DNA from: Blasia pusilla
Taxonomy: Eukaryota
Direction: 5' to 3'
Assembly: GCA_050084515.1 (NCBI GenBank)
Contig: CM114271.1
Coordinates: 32,488,001-32,552,000, forward strand
DNA length: 64,000 bases
The position numbers and the translations under genes are program-made. The notes beneath the pieces are model-generated. The model saw only the letters and a program-made list of their open reading frames with translations, did no database searches and was not told where the DNA came from. Shown here one piece after another: positions 55,346 through 64,000 of the stretch (position 1 is its first letter; each line of letters begins with the position of its first letter).

Positions 55346-58300
55346 TGCTCACGGACAAAAAAAACCCAGATTGACTCTCATTCTACACATCATTAAAATA
55401 TAATTGAAATTATAGTACATGAATTGAGCCTTACCCGAATCTGACTCGTCGCGGATCGGAATGGGTACTCGTTTTTTATGATCCACGATTGTGCCGTCCT
55501 CCACTTTAGCGACCTCTTGACGACTTTTCGAGGTTGAAGAGCTCGCCCTCGCTCCCTCCTCCAACACCAAGAAGCGCCCCGCCACTCGAGATAGGCGTCG
55601 CAAAGGAGAACAAAAGTGCAATCTAGTCATAAGAGAGCGGCACATTCCACTCGGTACCTCGTCCGACGGATCTCACCCCAAAGTCGCAAACCCGAGGGCA
55701 GATCGGGCGATCAAGAGATCCACCGCAACCTCTTCGACCACTCCATTCACCGCCCCAGCGTGCCCGTTTTGTTGGAGCTTCCGCCCGGCCTTTGTCAATT
55801 TTTGATGGCGGGTGTCGACGCTGAGAATCAAGCTCTTCACTCATCCAAGAAAGGAGTGAATCAAGGAGGACGCTTTTCCGGTCGTTGTTTGTCATGTCTT
55901 CCCAAGGATGATGGGTCAGTATTCTCCTTGGGACAACCCGGCACCTCTCGCTTCCGCTTCTCCCTAGCCTGGGGGACGGCTTGTCGGGGTTTCTATGACC
56001 TCAAATTCTGGTGGCGTTTTTGGGCCGAGACCTGGTCCGACCCTCTCTCCCCTTCGTCGGAAGATTCCGCCCTGGCCTTGAATCTTCACCTCTCTTTGGG
56101 AAGACTCGGCCTCTGAATTTTTCCCTCCCCTTGCCTTGCCTTTGAGACCCGTTGTGGATTTGTCTTTGGCTGTGCGGACCTTGGAAGCCAACTCAGCTGT
56201 CTCGTGGGCCTACTCTTCTACATCTCCTCCGAAGAAGTCTTCAGGATGGACGAAATTGGGGATGTCGTCTTGTCCTGAGGCCACTGCATCATGAAGCACT
56301 CGTAAGTCCTTATCCGTGATGTCTTCAGGCTCGTTGAAGTCGAGCCAAATGAGGCAATTCTCCACCTCCCAATCGGACATGTGCTGCCCCATCTCCACGT
56401 CGTACATGGAGAATGTCTCTGCATCCGGCGGCGAAGCCCACAATTTCAAGGCTATTGGTAATTTTCCCCACGTACCTGCTGTGATACCCACAATTTTGTA
56501 ATCTTGAAGAATATATCTTTTTATTCAACGAAGACTCTTGTATATTATGATTTTGATTATGATTATTTATTATTATGAAGAAGAATAAGTGAATCACCAA
56601 GCTCCTAAGACAAGGCATAGAGATGGAAGATCAAGGATTTGCCTTAGAGGAGAATCAAAAGTTGAATAAGTATAAAGGATCAACACTAAGCTCAAGCTTA
56701 AGCTTAACAAAATCTAACGGCTCAACAAAGCTCTGTTTTAAGAACTTTGCTCTTGCACTTGAAGCACGGCTAAGCACGAAGAAGAATGAAGAACTCCGTC
56801 CTCCGGAAATTTAGCGCAATAAGCTCAAAGATGATTGTGATTCGAACCGACACATAGTTTAAACAATTAGACTAGGAAAGGCGCGACCCTTTGTATCAAA
56901 TTGGTAGTTAGAAAGATTTTTTGTACCATGGATTCACAGGATCGAGGAAAAGCTAAGAGAACCATAGATCTAGGTAGTTCTGAGATATTGAAGAGACACC
57001 AACTTCATCAAGAACGCCGGATCATAGAAACGCTCCTACTCTCGAGAATATTTAAGAAACAGATAGAAGCTATTATAATCATTCGCTCATGAAGTCCTTA
57101 TGTTTGTAGGAATGGTCCGAAAGCAAGAGAGTTGTACCCTCTCGAGCTTGTATATACTTTAAAGTCTTCCAATTCTTGATGGAGTAGTAAAGCATTCATT
57201 CATTCATTCGATGTGCGATGCTTATATCTGAATATTCTTTTGGGTCTGCCGAGTGAAGAGTGAATCAAAGTAACCTTTCTCATCAATGGAATAATCAACA
57301 TAAAGTTGTATGAAATCTGTTTGACAAAGAGTAACCTCGCCTGACGGATTGAGTTCGAAAGTAGGAGAAGCCACTTTATTCTTGTGTCTTTGTGAGGTTC
57401 CGAGATGTCAAGAGAACAAATTGCCTGAGCGCATTTTTAAACTCCACTCGAGAGAATTGAAGAAGAAAACATAGGTACTAAAAAAGGATCGGAAGATGTT
57501 ACTGGAATATTACATTTGAATTACATAATCAATTACACTTTTACAACATAATCATCACTTTATACTCTCTTTTCATCCAACAATGATCCTCTTGGGGATC
57601 GAACTCTACAATTGATTGTAAATAAGAAACACTTAGACATTACATATAGTCGAAGACTTTTTTGCGCCGCCGGGGATCATATCCTTGGTGAGAAGGGAGA
57701 GAAAGACCCATGGGGAAGCAGGGAACGGAGAAAGAAGCTTCGCTCCTAGAAAACCCCACATTCTAGTTCTTACTAAAGACCATCGGCTAGCTCTAGCGAC
57801 CCCCATAAGACAATGTATTCTTGAAGATAACAATACAGTTGCTGCATTGGTGCTAGAGAAGATAGACCAACTAATTAGAATGGTCAAAGAACCAGTCGCC
57901 GAACGGTGCTTCGCCCATGGACGATAGTTGTACTTGGTGAAAACCCGGTACTTTTGTCTATGGGAGGAAAATCTGGCAGAAGCGAGGAGCACCAGGCACC
58001 CTCTCGTAGATGTAAAAGAAAAGTTAACCTCCATCCATCACCCTATCGCCCGTGGGGGTGAACGCAAGTTGCCAAATCCCCAAGAGACTTATGGAAGGCT
58101 CTTAGCCCTCTTCGCGAGAGCAATGAGCCGACGCGCAGAAGCGGCAGGAACAAGAACCGGCTTGAGACCGCTAGTTCGTCTCGAAGTCTTCGCCCTCGTC
58201 CAAGGTGAAGAGCAAGAAGAAAGAAAGGGACGAATTCTCCACTACGCCCCTCGCCAGTTCAGATCGGACGAAGAGTCGCCCTGGGACCCTTTGGGGAGTC

Positions 58301-59720
58301 GGGAGCGAGGAGCCGATCGAGCACCTCGGCGGCACCTTTACCTCCTCCCTCTCGAGCATCAAGCCCGGGGCCAGCAGGAGAGCAGCCCCCATGGCCAACA
58401 CTAGAAAAACTCGCTAAGGTACCCCACCTTTGCCGGAGGCCGACGAGACGATGTGGATAACTTTGTTCTTGAATTCACCCATGTCGCTTAAAAGCCAACG
58501 GGAAGGGGCAGAGGAGGATTTGTTACGAGTCTTTCGGGCCTGCTCAAGAAGCGAGCAAGCCCGGTGGTACGAAGGTCTCGGAGCGGAAGTCACGGAAACC
58601 TGGAAAAGGGTCTTGGAATCCTTCCTACATGAGTTCCGCGACTTGAGTTCGAGGACAAGCTTCTTACAAAGCTTCATGACTGGAAGCGTAGAAAGAGGGA
58701 GACCCTCCGAGAATATACCCAATGGTTCGGAGCCTTGTGAATAAGCTAGAACACACGACTACCTCCCAATTGGTAGATTGGTTCGTGGTCCGCTTGTCCA
58801 AAGAAATGGATCGGTATTGCCGGAGAGGCCAACGGGATTCCTCGGAGGCGGTCATAGCTCGCCGAGGCACATTTAAGCCTCGTAAAAGTCCCGCCGAACA
58901 CAAAGACGCGTCACCAACGAAGAGGGGCGTTTAGACTAGTGCTTCGTCCGAAGACGGCGCCCCTCCATCGACACGGAATCCTCTACAGAGGATTCGTCCA
59001 GTCCTCGGACTCGGAGCAGAGGTAAAAGCTAAAAGGAAAGGGAAGAGCAGCGCCATCGCTCCCCAAGCACCATACCAAAACCCAACCAAGTACCAGCGCC
59101 CTAAGCGGTCGGAAAGTCCAAGAAGAGGGACGGAAAGGAAGGCCGGCAAGTCGGCCATGGAGGAACTCAATAAACAAATGGTGAGTTGAAGGTACATCTG
59201 GCGGCCCGTAAGGACCCCAAAAGACGACCCGGCTGATGAGGCCCAACATTTGGTGTAGTAGTTGTGGAACCCAGGGGGCATACTTGACAAGAATGCCCTA
59301 CTGGAGGGATCTACGGTGGGTCCAGGAAGAGGCCCCTATTGAAGAAGGATGGTATGAACCAGAACAGTGGGAAGGGTGCTATGCCATTCAAGCGGTGCCA
59401 CCCCCAAACCCTGGGAGAAGCTGGATCACGCGGTATGTACCTCCGGAATACGGAGAGCAGAGACCCCTGAGACAGATTATGGGTGCGGCGGCCTTCACGC
59501 CACCCATCAAAAGAAATTGTTGTTATAATCAAGGGCGCGTTGCAGTAACCATTGGGCCAATAATTGCCCAAACCCGGTTTACAGTGGGACTCAATCCCTT
59601 ATGTGGGAACTGCAAGAAGGGCGGGCACACTGCCGTGGAATTCCCGGAGCCCAAGGTCCCGCGTTTGTTGGTCAGATATGTAAATACTCCCGCGGCTCAA
59701 CCTGAGCCCAAGAACGATGT
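55346..59720 (+). mobile_element. Nested, 3'-truncated Athila-like (non-chromovirus Gypsy) element: long LTR, PBS, gag with three zinc knuckles
   Basis: Starts with TG at 55346, right after the host gag. PBS-like ttttttgcgccgccgggga (57658-57676) resembles the tRNA-Asp PBS TGGCGCCGTTGCCGGGGA of Athila elements. The gag core ARWYEGLGAEVTETWKRVLESFLHEF is at ~58560-58640. Knuckles: CSSCGTQG(H), CYN.. and CGNCKKGGHTAVE. Confidence 0.65.
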
Positions 59721-59721
59721 A

Positions 59722-60600
59722 GGTTGAGGCGGCTGCAATGGTGACTCGGGGTGCTGCGAGAGGCACCGAGCCATCGAGAGGTGGAGTTGAGATTGACCCA
59801 CCGCAGGGGACCGATGGACGCCAGACCAGGGTTCCACAGTCATTCACATTGTCAGAGGCACTATACACACCATCGATGGTGCCTCGATGACCAACGGTGC
59901 CTACAGCTCAGGCACCTACATCGACATCACGAGGGGTTGAAGTGACAACTCCTATGCCGGCTCAAGTAGAGTCAGTGTTGACCATAGTGTTGGAGGTGGC
60001 CACTAGAGTGAGTCAGACTCCACTATTTTCCGCCATAGAGTTGGCGACGTTGGGAGTTGGACCAGCTGAGGTGTTTCGGCTGGCCGCCACGTTTTGTGAG
60101 CGTGGAGAGGTGACTCCTTCTTGTTCAGAGGTAGTTGAGGAGATGGTGGACTTGCCCTCAGAGCCAGTGCTCGAGAGGTTCCCCACAGAGTCATGGCATG
60201 CGGCGGTGGCGAAGTTGGTAGATATTCCAGCTCAACCGGCCATAGAGCGAGCAATGGTAATACTTGGCGTAGTGTTATTGGATAACCGAGCTCGAGTATT
60301 TCGCTTGGTTAGTCCAACGGGGACAGTATACCACCCACAACGCGTCCTACTTGATTCGGGAGCGCAACCCTTGATGTTAGGGAGGGCGGCGTGTTTAGTG
60401 TTGGGGTTATGGAAGGCCGACATTAAGCCTTGTCCCTTCTTGATCCAGACCTCGATTGGGGGCGTGTCACCCACGCAGTATATGACTTGACAAGAGATAG
60501 TTGTCATAGTTTAGCACACATGCGATTACGACACCAGCTGAGTCATACGATGTGTTGGTGGGGTGTACAGTGTTATATCCCCTAGGATTCATCCTTGACT
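59722..60600 (+). pseudogene. Retroviral-type aspartic protease region
   Basis: VEAAAMVTRG linker, then RVLLDSGAQPLMLG (catalytic DSG at 60353). Confidence 0.88.
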
Positions 60601-61038
60601 TTTGGGAGGAGACGTTGCTTATCGGCCAGGGTGGCGATCAGGTGACGGGCGGATGAGTCAGTTACCCGTGCAGTTTGCGGGACGAGGTGGTCAATCACGA
60701 GGCAAGTCTGTGACCACATTGGCAGCTTTCACAGGTAGTGTTAGCTCGCCAAGAGAGTTGTTGGAGGGGAACGCACATGCGGAGGATGTCCCAGTAGCGG
60801 ATAGTCCCACGGAGAGACATGCCATGGCGGGTGTCTCTTCCCATGTTGGCAAGACCTCTTCACCATTGTGGGGTACGACTCGAGAGCTACAGAGGAGTGT
60901 CAACGACCTTGTGAGGCAGGCGTGGAGTCATGCTTTTATCCCGGAGCAGCGAGAGTCACATGGCGATCGGGCCCCAGGAGTGGAGACGTTGACCCCACTA
61001 GATACCACACCCATTGTGTGGCAGTGTCTAGAGGAGGT

Positions 61039-61763
61039 GTTAGGGTGTTAGATCTCTTCGGAGGGATTAGCACCGGATTGACTACAATATTGCAAGTGGG
61101 CATACGTGTGCATCAGTACCTTTATATGGAGAGAGATGAGACTGCGCGGCGAGTGTCATTACGTCACGTAGCGAGATTGGTCCAAAGGTATCATGAGTTG
61201 TTGCCGGTATCTGCAATACGGGGATATCAACATACGCTACACGCCAACATCTCTTTGGTGGGGGCGTAGGATCTGGATAGAGTTGGCACCATTCATTTGG
61301 TGATTGCTGGATGGCCATGTCAGGGTCATTCATCAGCTAGCTGAGGATTTGGATTGCAGGATCTGAGGTCAGGGATATTTTGGGAGATGCTGCTAGTAGT
61401 ACGACACTTGCACAAGAGTCAGACATGTTCTCCACCGTATATTTTGGAGAACGTGCCATTATTGGGAGACACTCGTGCATATGTGATGATGAGTGTGCAT
61501 CAGATGAGGTCTAGGTTGGGACCTGCTGTGTTGCTAGAAGCAGCGAGAGTGGAGGAGTTGAGGGTAGCCTTACCTCAACTCCTCCACCCTATTGGGATGA
61601 GGTGACCCGAGCATTAGAGGAGCCTACAGCAGATGAGCGCGAGCGCGGCATGGGGTTTGCTAGGGGTACTACGACGGTGCGAGGTATGATTGAGGTATCC
61701 CGCAGACAGGTGTTGGGGCAAGCGATGGACCTCAACTGTCTCACTTGGATAGTCACCCTAGGT
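61039..61763 (+). pseudogene. C5 cytosine DNA methyltransferase domain (DNMT3-like) within the retrotransposon polyprotein
   Basis: Motif I VRVLDLFGGISTG (61039), II YMERD, III ANISLV, IV LVIAGWPCQGHS (catalytic Cys 61318-61320), V DLRSGIF, VI YILENV (61447), IX ERERGMGF (61635), X RRQVLGQAMD (61701). Two in-frame stops (61267, 61342). Motif VIII and the target-recognition region are missing. Confidence 0.92.
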
Positions 61764-62165
61764 ATGGCTGAGCAGAGACGGATGCGAGTGTCATCCATGT
61801 CGTCACGTCCACGAGTTAGACCATTTCCTATAGGGTCTGTACAGGCATTGGTTGGGGGCAAGACGAGGAGAGATAGGCATCCATGGACTTCTTGGGACTC
61901 GTCCGAGCAGAGAGTGCGAAGGCAACCAGAGTAGCACATGTTCATTTTTTTGGATGTGGAGCATGGTGTAGGAGGTCAGAGTGGAATGGCTGTTGCGGAG
62001 GTGGCTAGGGTTGCTACATAGCAACCAAAGCCAGAGGTTGCGTCCTCTCCGAGTGAGATCACGATGGAGACTTGGGAGCCTGTGATAGTTCTCAAGTTGA
62101 TAGGAGGAGAGCGTCGGCGAGTTCATAGGTTTTTGAGAGGGCATGTCTAGTGCTTTGCCTTCAGT

Positions 62166-64000
62166 ATGAGAGACTTGGGTATGCTAAAGGGTCTCGGGAT
62201 ATGGATTGAGTCGGCTAGTGATATGCCAATCTTTCGTCGACCCTACAGGTATTCTGATATGGAGCGAGCCTTGATTCAGAGCAAGAGTCATGACTTGTTG
62301 GAGGCAGTACTTGTGGAGTTATCACATGGGGAGTATGCATCTGCCACAATCATGCCGGCGAAGAAGGATATGTATGGCAATTGGACAGATAGGCGGATGT
62401 GTGGAGATTACCGTCCTATCAATCGACAGACGAGGTCAGATCGGTACACCATGCCTACTCCTAAGGAGATCTTTGATGCGGTAGGGCATGTAAAGATCTT
62501 CAGTACTATAGATCTTTGTACTGACTATCATCAACTTCCTATCAGGTTGGAGAACAGGGAGAAGACAATATTCAGGGGGATAGATCGGTTCGAGAAAGAT
62601 TGCTTGTATAAGTGGCGGTTCTTACCATTTGGGTTGAAGAACGCGCCTGCAGAGTTTTAGATAGTGATGGATAGGATTCTGGCTGGCTTGGATTTTGTAC
62701 GATGTTACATACATGACATTCTTATCTTCAGTTCCACCGTTGAGGAGCATGAGCGACACCTGGAGGAGGTGTTTCGGCGATTGCAGTTATATGGACTGAA
62801 GTTACATCCAGACAAGTGTAGATTCTTTCAGGACTAGATTGAGTACTTGAGACACATCATATACCCGAGTGGGTTAGGTGTTCAGCAGACAAAGATGGAG
62901 GCTATTGCGTAGATTCCACGTCCTACAGATGTGAGTCGAGTCCGAGCATTTCTTGGACTGGAAAACTTCTATCGACGGTATGTCAAGGGTTTTAGAACGA
63001 TCACAAAGTCTTTGGCCTTGTTGACGAGACTTGATCAGGTTTGGTTGTGGGGAGATGATCAGGAGCAAGCATTTCAAGAGCTTAAGGACACGTTGACGTC
63101 CTCACCCATTTTACAGAGACCGATTAGGGGTCGCCCATTCTAGTTACATACGGATTGGAGCATGTTGGGTCTAGGATCAGTGCTTACTCAGAGGGATGAC
63201 GAGGAGAGGGAGTTTGTTGTGGCTTACGCGAGCCGATCGAAAAACATTGCACAGGAAAAGTACAACTCCTACAAGGGAGAGTGCTTGGCTGCAGTGTGGG
63301 CCGTGGCACATTTCAGGAACTATTTATTCGACAACCCTTTCACACTTATCACTGATCATCAACCATTGAGGTGGTTGATGGAGTCCGACAAGCTTACGGG
63401 AAAGCTTGCCAGGTGGGCTCTATTAATACAAGAGTATGAGTTTGAGGTGGTTCATAGGCCATGCCGGCTGAACCAGGATGCGGATGGGTTGAGTCGTAAC
63501 TCATGTTCGAGTCAGAGAGACGATACAAGAGCTCGATGGCATGGAGTGAGTGATGAGGATATGGTGCCGGGTTGGCATGCATCTGCCTATCTTTGTTGGT
63601 TGACTATGGTAGGTCAGCCACAGGTGATGACTCCAATCGTGGGATTGGATGATGAGTCTTTGGATCCGGAGGTCAGTGAGGAGGCGATAGGTGGTCGTGA
63701 TATCCATGACGATGTGGAGGTTGTGGAGTTCTTGCGCATTGGCGTCATAGCGAGCACAATGAGTGCTAGGGAGCGGGATCGGATCCTACAGCGAGCTAGG
63801 AGGTTTAGGCGGGATGGGAATCACATTTTGCGAGTATGGGGAGATGGTAGGATACGAGTGGTACCTCATCCTTCTCAGCGAGCACGTGTAGTGCGACTTG
63901 CCCATGAGGAGTTGGGACATTTTGGAGTGAAGCACTTTTACAAATTTTACTCCGATTCGGTGATTGGTGGCGTGACATGCATACTGGGATACATCAGTTT
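62166..64000 (+). pseudogene. Gypsy reverse transcriptase, RNase H and integrase N-terminus
   Basis: PIFRRPYRYS, RMCGDYRPIN, FSTIDL...YHQL, LPFGLKNAPAEF, CYIHDILIFS (YIDD decayed), TDWS..GLGSVLTQ, TDHQPLRWL and HEELGHFG. Several in-frame stops. Confidence 0.95.

Larger units (their letters stand above)
53552..64000 (+). mobile_element. Degenerate Ty3/Gypsy LTR retrotransposon: 5' LTR - gag (2 zinc knuckles) - [nested insert] - protease - DNA methyltransferase - RT - RNase H - integrase (continues beyond window)
   Basis: The LTR start t(g>a)tcacatctgagtag matches the LTR at 27549 (minus strand). Domains follow in order on the plus strand, as listed in the features below. Confidence 0.9.

Overview
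Eukaryotic land-plant genomic DNA, probably a bryophyte/moss (inferred from gene content, intron style and transposon types; not proven). There are three intact multi-exon genes, all on the minus strand: a KOBITO1/ELD1-type glycosyltransferase-like gene (15156-22960), a strongly diverged but apparently intact tandem paralog with the same 11-exon structure (36807-44246), and TAF15, a FET-family RRM/RanBP2-zinc-finger RNA-binding protein (45819-48832). The rest is mostly decayed transposons: Ty3/Gypsy elements, a nested Athila-like fragment, a hAT transposase pseudogene, non-autonomous Helitrons and an intronic solo LTR. The main finding is the Gypsy element at 53552-64000. It carries a DNMT3-like C5 cytosine DNA methyltransferase domain inside its polyprotein, between the protease and reverse transcriptase. 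A related Gypsy at 1-3016 ends its integrase with a PHD finger. Together they suggest a retrotransposon lineage that carries both a chromatin 'writer' and a 'reader', although no single copy in this window shows both. All coordinates and homologies were read by eye; no searches were run.
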